58,704 nt of DNA, filler included, from Catajapyx aquilonaris (GCA_000934665.2; 3 parts of 3 records of this genome joined end to end with filler, not necessarily neighbours in it), one strand, 5' to 3'; shown: positions 27,527-39,230, counted from the first letter of the whole stretch. Translations and numbers: made by a program. The notes: a model not told the origin generated them from the sequence alone.

Positions 27527-29872
27527 ATGAAGGCAAACCGAAGTAACGTCTTATTGTATCTGGCTGCCATACTTCCACTGACGTTACCTTCAGTACTTCC
27601 AGTTAATCAACGGAATGAACAATCAGAGGAAATGGTGACCCAATTTGCAAAGAGCGTGTCCGAGACGCGTCCGGAGTGCGGCTTGGTCCTGGCCCACGAT
27701 TACCTCGTCCTGCCTCAAGCCATGCACGACCTTTTGACCTCATCTGGACGTCATTGGATAATAACTCGAGTGACCAACCAAACCATGCCGCTACCGAGTG
27801 ACAACCTGGAGTACTGGTTCTCCTGGATGCATCGCCGTACAGCCGCGCGTCAACCACGCTGCGTTTTATACGCGGCGTTCTTTCTGTCAGAGAATTTTCA
27901 AAACCTGATGGAGCACATGGCCGCCATGACATTCATGCAAACTTCGGTGGACCGGTACCTCTTCTGGAACAGACACGACTCGAACGACACCAGTTACTTG
28001 TCACATCCGCACAGCCAGAACCTGCTCTACAAAATCGGTGTGTCCGTTGAATCCGGATCTGACATCCGGATATTCACTGTTTGCTTCTTCTGCGACAGAG
28101 GCGAACCTCAAGTACTGACGCTGAATCCGGATTCGACCGATTTGTACCCGGATTTCACCAGGAACATGCATGGAAAGCACATGAAATGTCCGTTTTACTA
28201 CAAGTCTAATCCGGCATGGGTCAGACAAATGCAGGCTGAGTACAACACTGCGTTGTTTTTTCCTGATATCATCTTCGTTGACATGGCCGAGAAAGTTAAT
28301 TTCGACTACAATGTGTATGCCTTCACCATACCTGAGGGAGAACACTATGAGACCAGAGGAACCGATGGAATTTGGTGCGTACGAGAGTATTTTTAGCATA
28401 TTATTTGGATGGGGAATTGATCACTCTTGAAACATTTACTCTGAGAGAAACATGGGTTAAACTTGTGCGAATTATTTTAACATTAAGGTGAAGTGGGGTA
28501 AGTGCATACACGGGGTAAGTGCATACACGGGGTAAGTGCATATATTGTGCCGCCATATTGGAATGAAAATGGCTGACGACACCAAAACTCTGGGGATGTT
28601 ATGAAGAATGCCTGACGCGTTTTGGTGTCGTCAGCCATTTTCATTCCAATATGGCGGCACAATATATGCACTTACCCCGTGTATGCACTTACCCCACTTC
28701 ACCTTATTTTATTTTTTAACGTTTGTTTGCACTTCAGGTACGGAGCAGTCGGAGAAGTGCTGTACGGCCGAGCATACCTGGCTCACAGCACTATTTTTAA
28801 CGGAGATGCAGTGGAAGTAATTGAATATCCGAACCTGCATTTCCCTAGCTATGCAGCTTTTGTGACCCGCAAACCGAACCCTTTGTACCATTGGTACTCT
28901 GTGCTTCAACCTTATTCCTCTGGGATGTGGGTCCTGATCCTTCTCTCGTGCTGTCTGGCGACCATCTTCTTCTGGGTCATCATTGTCATTCCAAGAAGTT
29001 ACCACAACCCTTTCGCTCCATCCAAACCTCCTGTACACACTCTTAGCTACTCCATTTGGTACATGTTCATGTCCATGATCGAGGAAAACCCGAATCTTAT
29101 TCCATCTTCAAATGCGTCCAGGGTGTTCCTCGCATTTTGGTGGATCTTTGCGGACGTCATAATTTGCGGGTACGACACTAAGCTGATATCGTTTCTGATG
29201 CTTCCGGAGTTGGAGGTCCTGCCGACAACATTTGAAGAGATGGTGTTCTGGGAGAAGGAATGGCAGTGGGTCATGTTTGACCTGCACATTCCCTACTTCG
29301 ACTCAATTTTCAACGGAATTGAGAAAGAATATGTTGCACCTCTGCGTGAGAAGCTACAAGGTGTACCGACACTTGGAGAGTGCGTGGAAAAAGCAGGTCG
29401 GGAATCAAGAATGGGTTGCATTGTAACCGAGGTCTTCTTGTATGCATCGGTTTACCCAAACATTGATTTGTACAACCAAATTCCGGTGGTCATTACCGAT
29501 GAGCAGACCGGCACATTTTTCACTGGCTCTTTGTTGCCGAAGCACAGCATACTGGCTCCTCTCTTCAGAAGATTCACACAATGGCAACAGGACGCGGGGT
29601 TGGTTCACTTTTATCGCAACAACTTCAATTATGCTTTTTTGCTGGAAGGTCGAAGGATTGCGAGGGCAACGGGAAGGATTTATGAGGTCAGCATGGACCT
29701 CAAGGTTGAGCAGATGCTGGGATCCCTCATTTTCTTGGGGGTTGGATTGCTTCTTGCCACAGTGTTGTTTGTTGCTGAAATTTTGCGACATCGTTCACTT
29801 ACGAAGAGAATACGAAAGAATGGGCCTTTGGCAAATGAAGAAAAAGGTTTGCCGTCGCTGGGTCATAAATAG
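27527..29872 (+). CDS. Divergent ionotropic receptor (variant iGluR chemoreceptor), 660 aa, two exons
   Basis: Exons 27527-28374 and 28738-29872 (TG|G rebuilds DGIWYGAVGEV). Signal peptide, LQPYSSGMWV TM1, RVFLAFWW...GYDTKLISFL TM2, S2 lobe, and TM3 LKVEQMLGSL...FVAEI. Confidence 0.9.
28486..28704. mobile_element. Young hairpin MITE in IR intron
   Basis: TA-aggtgaagtggggtaagtgc / gcacttaccccacttcacct-TA. The arms are perfect except for 3 versus 2 copies of the 17-bp unit ggggtaagtgcatacac. Confidence 0.85.
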
Positions 29873-30100
29873 CACAAATATTAACAATAAAATATTATTG
29901 GCTGGGACCTAGCTGTAGTAGCACCCATCACACATGAAGGCCAGTTTAGTCTCGTGGCATAATTTTCCTCGCCTTCTGCAGTATACAGGGTGCCCACAGT
30001 GAACTTCTCTTCAAGCCTGCAAACAGTATTGTTGCATGAGATAGAAAAGCTGTAGAAAGTGTAGATAATAATTAATAAACAGTGTCTTTATGTACAGTAC

Positions 30101-30458
30101 CAGGGAGCATACACTACATAAGAGGCGCAAACTTCTGTCGGCGCCTTGGATGTTCGCGTCTCTCTGTTTGGGGCCGTTGCCACGGCTGGCGGCCATTTTG
30201 AAGTGTGGGCAACGCCAACGAGGTATAAATAGGGTACAGGCTAAAAATAGGGTCCGCCATTTTTGATGGTTTTGGCGGCCATGGAAACTACATGGCAAGA
30301 ACACGCGCGAATCAAAGATGGAGGACCATATTTTTGCCTGTATTTATACCTCGTTGGCGTTGCCCCCACTTCAAAATGGCCGCCAACCTTGGCAACGTCC
30401 CAAACAGAGAGACGCGGAAATCGAATGTTTGCGCCTCTTATGAATTGTATGCTCCCTG
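30101..30458. mobile_element. P/Galileo-like MITE, complete, 7-bp TSD
   Basis: cagggagcataca / tgtatgctccctg termini, long imperfect arms, ACAGTAC duplicated at 30094-30100 and 30459-30465. Confidence 0.8.
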
Positions 30459-31167
30459 ACAGTACCTTCATGTCAATAAAACCCTAGTTATATATCTGGA
30501 AAAAAAGGGATGTCGGATTTGTTGATGTTTCTATTTTTGGTCACCTCACTCAAGGATGAATGTCAGTTGGAGTTCCAAGTCAATATTTGCCAAAATGCGT
30601 ACTTTTTTGCTGAAGGTCATGTCGCAAAAAAGTACGATGCATGTCAAGACTATAAGTATATATCCGAATCGTATATAAAGTTTAACCAACCTTTGAGAGC
30701 TCCTTATGTTACTGTGTACCATTGGTATAACATTCATTTCATATTTACACACGCTGGTTATGCCGCTCCTTAGCCCTGATGCAACAGTAATGTTGTTGTG
30801 TTACATGACAGGTCGGGATGAGGGTGGAGGTGACCACAATCAAGAGTTATTCATTCTATCATGGCTATGGATTTTCTGTCAATATATGAGCGTGCCCCAA
30901 GGGGCTCGCTCATAAGCAATTCAATGAGTTACCTGGAAAGTTGCAATGAATTTTTCGCTTACACTCAAGGTGCTCGATTAGATTAAGCAAATGGTGTGTA
31001 AGTTGAGTTGTGATCATGAGTCGTGCGGGATATAATAGAAATGGTTTCCCATATTAAAAACAAAAACAAACCCTGAATATTGTTGCATTTATGATTATTG
31101 TTGCTGATGAAGGCACGATATTTACCTACATTATATTGCTAGTAGGCTAGCCTATACTGTACTGTAC

Positions 31168-31547
31168 CAGGGTGTATGGTTGTAGGCTGTAATTTGGGAC
31201 AGACTTCTAGGGTGAGTAGGAGATGCCTAGAGAAGCAATTTTCGATAGGACACCCATGGTCGCAAACACATCCCAACGGAGCTACCAAGGCCCATTAGTG
31301 TAACAATATTTCAATTGTTGGATGAAACTGTTTATAACAACTAAACAATGAGCACAATGGAAAACACAACAACATAATATATTGTTACAACAATGGGATG
31401 ACAATGGGCATTGGAGGCCCCGTAGCTCCGTTGGGATGGGTTTCAGAATACCATGGGTGTCCTATCTCAAATATTGCTTCTCTTAGGCATCCCCTACACA
31501 CCCTATAGAAGTGAAGTCTGTCCCGAATATTACAGCCTAGATACCTG
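31168..31547. mobile_element. Tc1/mariner-like MITE, decayed
   Basis: Inverted arms taggctgtaatttgggacagacttc...cccaacggagctac / gtagctccgttggg...gaagtctgtcccgaatattacagccta. Confidence 0.65.
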
Positions 31548-32316
31548 TAAATATTACATGAGCTTTTCTGCATTTTATAGTCGCCGATATTGCAGTAAAA
31601 TTACCGAAAATTACAGTTTTACATCGAAACCAACATTATTATTGAAATAAATTACATGTTAGGGTCAAATTCTTTTAAGATATTTGTCATCCTGACTCTT
31701 CAGAGCTTCCCTCACGACCCTTCTGTGCCGCATGTCACCGACAAATAAGGATAAATGTCTACTTCACCAGGACGCGGACGGCCTCATTAACACAGCCCGG
31801 TCACACCGTTGAACTTGAACTGAACCAGTAATGTCACACTGTTATAATTTTCACCTTGCAATTACTGTACTATACTGTATTGTACCTTACGCATACGAAG
31901 CACCCACACGCATCTATTGTCTCCCTTAGTTCGTAGTAAAAGATGGGTTCCTAATGAATTATAGGCCTATGACACATACTGTGCCAGTTTCATGCACATA
32001 TGCGAGTCAGCTTCTCCAACACTTCCTGCCAGCACGATTATTACCCGCCAAAATTTATGGCATATTATTTTCCACACATTCATAACAATTCATTGATTAG
32101 ATATTTTGTGGCAAAACAGCAGCAGACAACGCCACAAATTGAGTCAATAAAAAATAAGTGTCGGGTGTCCCCTATGGATAGGGTGCGAATTGTTTTGGAC
32201 CATTCGACAACTTACTTCACATGCTAAAATTGAGATGAAAAACGTTACCCTGCAATTGGAATTTATTTACTCTAGCACTTTCGGCTCCTTTTGCACTCTC
32301 ACGTGAATAAAGTGGT

Positions 32317-32332
32317 AGCCCTGAAAAGGGCT
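32317..32332 (-). terminator. Histone 3' stem-loop (H2A copy 1)
   Basis: AGCCCTTTTCAGGGCT followed by ACCAC and a downstream GTGAGAG purine-rich element. Confidence 0.9.
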
Positions 32333-32374
32333 GTTTTGTTTAAAGGGTGCGGTCGAGATGTGTGGAGGGCGAAT

Positions 32375-32749
32375 CTAAGCCTTCCTCTCGGTCTTCTTCG
32401 GGAGGAGGACGGCCTGGATGTTTGGCAGCACGCCGCCTTGGGCGATGGTCACCCCCGAGAAGACCTTGCTCAGCTCCTCGTCGTTCCTGACGGCCAGCTG
32501 GAGATGGCGGGGGTTGATCCTCGACTTCTTGTTGTCACGGGCCGCGTTGCCTGCCAGTTCGAGCACCTCGGCGGCCAGGTACTCCAGCACGGCAGCCAGG
32601 TAGATGGGGGCGCCAGACCCGACTCGAGAGGCGTAGTTGCCCTTCCGCAGAAGGCGATGGACACGGCCCACGGGGAATATCAGGCCGGCCCGGCTGGAGC
32701 GGGTCTGCGCTTTGGCCTTCGTCTTGCCTCCCTTGCCACGGCCAGTCAT
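32375..32749 (-). CDS. H2A: Histone H2A, divergent replication-dependent type (copy 1)
   Basis: Intronless 124-aa ORF with RAGL.FPVGR...NDEEL...LLPKKTE, followed by a histone stem-loop. Confidence 0.97.
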   Translation of the reverse strand: MTGRGKGGKTKAKAQTRSSRAGLIFPVGRVHRLLRKGNYASRVGSGAPIYLAAVLEYLAAEVLELAGNAARDNKKSRINPRHLQLAVRNDEELSKVFSGVTIAQGGVLPNIQAVLLPKKTERKA

Positions 32750-33028
32750 CTCGGTACGGTGTGAAGAGATCGGTGAGGAACAACTAGACGGCTAGAAATC
32801 TCAGCAGTGAATGACGGCGGGCGGGGCTTGGGTGCCCCTTAAATAGAGGAAAAAGTTCTAAACAAGGGCGCGCTCTGATTGGCCCGAGTGGAGCCAATGA
32901 GAGCGCGCGGCTGTAGGCGCTTGCGTACCCACTGCCAGCTATAAAAAGGCCACCAGAGACGCGCGAATCCTCATTCCACGCCTGGTACTCGTCGAATTCA
33001 CTTCGTGTCCAGACTGCTCCGTCTCAAG
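32750..33028. promoter_or_regulatory. Divergent H2A/H2B promoter
   Basis: TATTTAA (minus, ~32839-32845), two CCAAT boxes (gattgg, gccaat) and TATAAAA (32940-32946). The arrangement is conserved in inverted form at 36713-36998. Confidence 0.8.
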
Positions 33029-33391
33029 ATGCCACCCAAGACTAGTGGAAAGGCCGCCAAGAAGGTGGAGAAGACCACGGGCGACAAGAAGAGGAGGAGG
33101 AAGGGCAAGAGGAAGGAGAGCTATGCCTTGTACATCTACAAGGTGCTGAAGCAGGTCCACCCGGACACGCGCGTCTCCTCGAAGGCCATGTCAATCATGA
33201 ACAGCTTCGTCAACGACATCTTCGAGCGCATAGCGGCAGAGTCCTCCCGCCTGGCCAACTCCAACAAGAGGTCCACCATCACCTCCCGGGAGATCCAGAC
33301 CGCCGTCCGACTCCTGCTGCCTGGAGAGCTGGCCAAGCATGCCGTGTCAGAGGGGACAAAGGCCGTCACCAAGTACACCTCCTCCAAGTAG
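33029..33391 (+). CDS. H2B: Histone H2B, divergent (copy 1), 120 aa
   Basis: [12 protein letters not shown]...RKESY...KQVHPDT...[16 protein letters not shown]. Confidence 0.97.
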   Translation: MPPKTSGKAAKKVEKTTGDKKRRRKGKRKESYALYIYKVLKQVHPDTRVSSKAMSIMNSFVNDIFERIAAESSRLANSNKRSTITSREIQTAVRLLLPGELAKHAVSEGTKAVTKYTSSK

Positions 33392-33424
33392 ATCCATCCT
33401 CTTCATCCAGACAACTAAACAAAC

Positions 33425-33440
33425 GGCCCTTTTCAGGGCC
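33425..33440 (+). terminator. Histone 3' stem-loop (H2B copy 1)
   Basis: GGCCCTTTTCAGGGCC preceded by AAAC; downstream AGTAGAGATG. Confidence 0.92.
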
Positions 33441-33950
33441 CAACACTTTTCTCAAGTAGAGATGAGCATTGTTGTTGCAACATGTGCTGCATTTTTTGGA
33501 CCAAATAAATGTATACCTGTAGTAAATAGCTCTTTCACACACGGTACATAAGCCCGCAGAACGGACGGTTCGAAGGACATGCAGTTGGTCAATGCGACGA
33601 TGTAAATTCCATGCGAAGAGAGGCCTGCAGTTGTAAGCAATCAAAATGGTGACTGTAAGTGTTATACCACGTTAATCATTATGCAGCAGCTACGTTCAGC
33701 ACTGCACAGCGTCGTCGACACTAGCGCTCCTTCAAAGCTACCATTACAACAATTAAAATCAATAATCACACGTAATTATTTGTACCACAAGGTCACGCCT
33801 ACCGGATGTGACGTATGTCGTTTTATCTTACGGCATGGGCGATGCCAATTACACTCTGTGCCAGACAGGAAATGGGGACTGGATATCATTTATTTTTATT
33901 GCAGGGTTTGGTCTCATGTGGTCTGCATCTCTCTCTCTGAAATATTTGGT

Positions 33951-33966
33951 GGCCCTGAAAAGAGCC
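33951..33966 (-). terminator. Histone 3' stem-loop (H3 variant)
   Basis: GGCTCTTTTCAGGGCC-ACCA followed by CAGAGAGAGAG (HDE-like). Confidence 0.92.
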
Positions 33967-34024
33967 ATTTTTAAAAAGCTTCCGCCCGGCCTCGCGGCTT
34001 CAACTTCGACATTCCTCCAATAAA

Positions 34025-34435
34025 TTAGGGGCGCTCTCCCTTGATGCGACGGGCGAGCTGGATGTCCTTGGGCATGATGGTGACCCTCTTGGCGTGGATG
34101 GCGCAGATGTTGCTGTCCTCAAAAAGACTCACAAGATAGGCCTCTGCCGCCTCCTGCAGGGCCATCACTGCAGAGCTCTGGAAGCGCAGCCCGAGCCTGA
34201 ACTCCTGTGCGATCTCCCTGACCAGGCGTTGGAAGGGCAGCTTACGGATCAGCAAGTCGGTGCTCTTCTGGTAGCGACGGACCTCACGAAGAGCCACGGT
34301 GCCAGGCCGGTACCGATGGGCCTTCTTCACTCCTCCGGTGGCTGCGGCGCTCGTCCGCGATGTCTTGGTCGCCACCAACTTGCGGGGAGCCTTGCCGGAA
34401 TTGCGCTTGGGTGCTGTCTGCTTGGTGCGGGCCAT
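34025..34435 (-). CDS. H3: Highly divergent histone H3 variant (K27T, S10R, R8P, K79R)
   Basis: Intact 136-codon ORF with a full H3 fold and about 23 substitutions versus canonical H3. Upstream TATAAAA (~34519-34525), CCAAT boxes and a TCATTC cap motif; downstream stem-loop. Confidence 0.93.
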   Translation of the reverse strand: MARTKQTAPKRNSGKAPRKLVATKTSRTSAAATGGVKKAHRYRPGTVALREVRRYQKSTDLLIRKLPFQRLVREIAQEFRLGLRFQSSAVMALQEAAEAYLVSLFEDSNICAIHAKRVTIMPKDIQLARRIKGERP

Positions 34436-34935
34436 TCTTCAGACTTCACGGGAGAGCAGAACCTTCTCTTGCGACAGTCTGAAGCAGCAGAATGATTCCT
34501 GCCCACGAATCATGGCCTTTTTATAGCTTCTGTAACCGGGCTGCTCCCAAAGGCTGCTCCAGGATTGGTCAAAATAAGCAGCCTGCTTATTGGTTAGATT
34601 TTGGCTCCAAACGACCCGGTTCCGTAGATGGAAATGCGCACTGTTAATTGCAGTACATGCAAATTGCCATTTATTTGCATACAAGAACTACTGTATGTTG
34701 ATCATATACTGTACGTTAGTACTACACAACACCTTGAGGCTCGGGCAATTTTCTTTGTCATTCAATGTAGCAGTAAATACTAATTGCTCGGTGTAACACG
34801 GCTGTTTAAGCACTATTCACTGCAACTAATATTAATTTGCTGCTGTTGTGCCATAGTAGCTATAATCAATTAATCAATCGTTGTTGCAAATGACTGAAAA
34901 CTAACAAGTTGCCATGGAATTGATTGTCTGGAGGT

Positions 34936-35732
34936 CCTCAGAGGTACACTGGACACTGGTGGGTCTTGCTGTACATGAAATAAGAATTATTCTGAAATAC
35001 TGGATCCATCACACCCCCACCTGACTTGGTAGGGATGAGAGTAATGACAACGTGGTAGAGTATGAGGAGTCATCATTCTTTATGATGAACAAAAATATTG
35101 CTTCTTACCTGACAAAGAGTTGTAGCCACAAAATAATACCATGCTTTGAAAAAATGAGGTACCATGCAATTTTGGTATTTTAAAAATTTGTTCCTGACAG
35201 TGTTAGAGAATTATTTTAAAGGTCAACATTTTGAAAGTTCATCATAGGAAGCTGTTTAGAATTATGAAACCAATTAAATAAATTGTACTGCATGGCTGAG
35301 GTAATGACAAATTTATTTGCATGTCTAAATAGCCTTCTGTTTAAAGCTGTTTCTGTCCCAGTGATTGATATTTGAATTAAGACCAAAGTTATGATGTGGC
35401 CAAGGAATAAATTGACACTTTCTTTTGGAAGCAGGCATGACTGATACTCACATTAATAATATTACCATGACTCATTGCAGTCATGTACTACTGTACCAAT
35501 ATGAATTGATTGTGCGGTGTTATGTGATCATATCCTGCAGCCTGAAAGATCAATCAGCACATCGTTCATGTCATCCCCTTTATTAACTAAAACACTTGAG
35601 AATATCGGGAACAATGTGCTAGCCTTGAAAAATGTTATTTTAGTTCTACCGGCACCTAAAGTCTGGGGGACCGGAGTTGAAGCCGGGCCAAAACCATCAG
35701 TCGGCTTTTTTCAAAAGACCCTTGTCAGGGCC
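34936..35732 (+). pseudogene. Putative heavily decayed histone (H3-like) gene
   Basis: Degenerate stem-loop GACCCTTGTCAGGGCC-ACCA at 35717-35732. Upstream traces: PQRY...GLAVHEIR (cf. PHRY...VALREIR) and GDRS-stop at ~35666-35680 (cf. GERA-stop). Confidence 0.4.
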
Positions 35733-36289
35733 ACCAAATGGCCAGTAAAGTGTGCAAAGCCAATTAAAACAAACCCTGCAATTAAATCCAATCCCACTCC
35801 AACCCTTTTTTTCTGGATATATTCAGCATGCCCATGCTGTAAGCCTTCAATTCTCAGGCACATCTGGCGAATGTGGCCTTAATGGGTTACCAATATCATT
35901 ACAGCCATCATTATTGATCTTAATTGTTACATACAGCTTTGAAGATTGGCCACTAGGAGCGCCAGTCTTGAAAATTTGCAAGGGAGCTGAACCTATCTGC
36001 GATAATACTACTAGTATCTACTTTTGCAAAATGTAGCTGCATAATAATTAACCTGTTACGGCAAGTGTTACGGGTTATAGGTACCGTAACTGTCAGCGGT
36101 TATCAAAAGTATTAGTTGCCATAAAAGATCTGGCAAGAAGCAGGCGTAAATTGGGCCTGGCAGTGCCCAGGCTTCTTCAACTTTTCAGCCTCTTTTTACG
36201 GGCAAATCTGTTCGTTGCCTTGACCAATTGGAATCTACTAAAACATGTTGCAATACCAAGTGGATATGTCTCATACAGATAAAAGTGGT

Positions 36290-36305
36290 GGCCCTGAAAA
36301 GGGCC
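36290..36305 (-). terminator. Histone 3' stem-loop (H2B copy 2)
   Basis: GGCCCTTTTCAGGGCC-ACCAC. Confidence 0.92.
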
Positions 36306-36340
36306 GTTTGTTTCGTTGTCTGGTGGCGATGAGGATGGAT

Positions 36341-36712
36341 CTACTTGGAGGAGGTGTACTTGGTGACGGCCTTTGTCCCCTCTGACACGGCATGCTTGGC
36401 CAGCTCCCCTGGCAGGATGAGGCGGACGGCGGTCTGGACCTCCCGGGAAGTGATGGTGGACCTCTTGCTGTAGTGGGCCAGGCGGAAGGACTCTGACGCT
36501 ATGCGATCGAAGACGTCGTTGACGAAGCTGTTCATGATGGACATGGCCTTGGAGGACACCCCGGTGTCCGGGTGGACCTGCTTCAGAATCTTGTAGATGT
36601 ATATGGCGTAGCTCTCCTTCCTTTTGTGCTGCTTCTTCTTGTCCGTCTTGGAGATGGTCTTCTTCGCCTTCCCTACCTTCTCGGCGGCCTTTCCACTCAT
36701 CTTCGGCGACAT
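36341..36712 (-). CDS. H2B: Histone H2B, divergent (copy 2), 123 aa
   Basis: [12 protein letters not shown]...[21 protein letters not shown]...TKYTSSK. Confidence 0.97.
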   Translation of the reverse strand: MSPKMSGKAAEKVGKAKKTISKTDKKKQHKRKESYAIYIYKILKQVHPDTGVSSKAMSIMNSFVNDVFDRIASESFRLAHYSKRSTITSREVQTAVRLILPGELAKHAVSEGTKAVTKYTSSK

Positions 36713-36998
36713 CTTCACACGGAGCAACTGAGCTGATCGGGATACGAAACGATCGTAACGAGATCCGGATACTGAATGAGGGTTGCCGGGAATATGTGGC
36801 CGTTTTATAGCATGCAGAGGGTCCGCAACCGCGTCTGGCCGGGTGCTCCCATTGGCTCCACGAGGGCCAATCCGAGCGCGCCCTTGCTTAGAACCTTTTC
36901 CTCTATTTAAGGGGCACCCAAGCCCTGCCCACCTTTATTAGCTGCTGAGCGCCTGAGACTTCTAGACGTGTGGTTGTTCTGCACCGATCTTTTCAAAG

Positions 36999-37373
36999 AT
37001 GACTGGCCGTGGCAAGGGAGGCAAGACGAAGGCGAAGCCGCAGACCCGCTCCAGCCGAGCCGGCCTGACATTCCCTGTTGGCCGTGTCCATCGTCTCCTA
37101 CGCAAGGGCAACTACGCCTCTCGAGTCGGGTCTGGCGCCCCCATCTACCTGGCTGCCGTGCTGGAGTACCTGGCCGCCGAGGTGCTCGAACTGGCAGGCA
37201 ACGCGGCCCGTGACAACAAGAAGTCGAGGATCAACCCCCGCCATCTCCAGCTGGCCGTCAGGAACGACGAGGAGCTGAGCAAGGTCTTCTCGGGGGTGAC
37301 CATCGCCCAAGGCGGCGTGCTGCCAAACATCCAGGCCGTCCTCCTCCCGAAGAAGACCGAGAGGAAGGCTTAG
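36999..37373 (+). CDS. H2A: Histone H2A, divergent (copy 2)
   Basis: 124-aa ORF differing from copy 1 at only two residues. Stem-loop AGCCCTTTTCAGGGCT at 37416-37431. Confidence 0.97.
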   Translation: MTGRGKGGKTKAKPQTRSSRAGLTFPVGRVHRLLRKGNYASRVGSGAPIYLAAVLEYLAAEVLELAGNAARDNKKSRINPRHLQLAVRNDEELSKVFSGVTIAQGGVLPNIQAVLLPKKTERKA

Positions 37374-38095
37374 ATTCACCCTCCACACATCTCGACCGCA
37401 CCCTTTAAACAAAACAGCCCTTTTCAGGGCTACCACTTTATTCACGTGAGAAGGCGAATAGAGCGAGTGCAAATAAAGTGCTTACATTGTATTGCTAAGG
37501 TTGTCCAATTTTAGCTAATGAAACTGCTAATCGAGATACTAAAAATTTGTGTTCCAGACTCTTCTACGGGCAAGTCGAATTTTCTGGTCACAATCAGCAT
37601 GCCTAATTGGCCATCTTTCGAGCAGAAATATATAATAAAGTTGACGTAATTCATGTCACACTGCAGAATAACAGCAGTAAATATTAGTAGACGCGCCAAC
37701 CCGATATAATTATGTAAACTACTGTATAATATAGTTTTGAAGCATCCCAAATAACTCCGAACCGATCCGAATAATGTGGATATGCACACCAATCAATATA
37801 TTTATTAGCTACTTACTGGAACAGTCCAAATGACAACGACCGACAACCCAAAAATTTCCATTCAAACCATATTATTCGCACTTCCTTGTTATAATAATTA
37901 TTATTGTAATGGGGATCGGGTGAATTGGCATTTTTATTAGCGCGCCCATTTTTTTCTGAATTGTTGCAGAGCTAATTGATGCTATTTGGTCCAAACTGTA
38001 TATCTCAACGTGATATGTGTGGTAGCCCTGAAAAGGGCTGTTTGTTTAAGGCTGGGGCTGGTGGTGGTCCTTCCCAAAAGGAAGTCTGAGGAGGA

Positions 38096-38563
<468 letters not shown>

Positions 38564-39098
38564 TCAAGGCAGGAATGATGCTCCCGCCCCGAAAGTGTGC
38601 CCCTTTTATACCAACCGGTTACCTCCCAGGAAGCAGAGCCGGCCTCTGATTGGTTGAGGTAGTTTTTGCCGCCAAAATGCAGCAACCGTCCTCAAAATCC
38701 TGATACTAAGTGCTCACATGAAATTGCTAATTATTTTGACAAAGGTTTGGTCAAATAGAAACAAATAAAAGTATGTCATTGTTGCCGTGCCAAAAGGCCT
38801 GGCATAGCAACGCATATCAAATATCAAGGCTATATGGGCAGAGACAAGGTTGTAGCCAATCGCCATCCTGCATTATACCGTAACCGTAAATATTACCAAC
38901 AATTTATTTATGCCACCTCGGTTCATATGCACCACACACTGAAATTAACCAGACGTACTGGTATTTTCATGTAACAGTACATCACTACATGTAACGGCAT
39001 TATGTAACGGCAACTATTGACCAACAAATGAACGGCAAGAAAAGGGTGGGAAACAAGAAAAGGCGGGAAACTGCAATGAAAAAATAGTGGGGGGGGGG

Positions 39099-39198
39099 NN
39101 NNNNNNNNNNNNNNNNNNNNNNNNNNNNNNNNNNNNNNNNNNTTAATTAATTAANNNNNNNNNNNNNNNNNNNNNNNNNNNNNNNNNNNNNNNNNNNN
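39099..39198. other. Artificial contig-joining spacer
   Basis: Same N44-TTAATTAATTAA-N44 structure. Confidence 0.97.
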
Positions 39199-39230
39199 AC
39201 CCATCGAAACTATATCCACATAAGCATATA

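Noticed and set aside
28486..28560. CRISPR-like repeats (also the GAGTAC arrays and the 13-bp repeat at 45265)
   Set aside because: Tandem units without unique spacers, eukaryotic context, no cas genes.
34025..34435. CENP-A/cenH3 or H3.3 identity for the divergent H3
   Set aside because: The tail aligns to H3 without indels, loop 1 is not extended, Q68 and F84 are kept, and A31/SAVM plus a stem-loop indicate replication-dependent ancestry.
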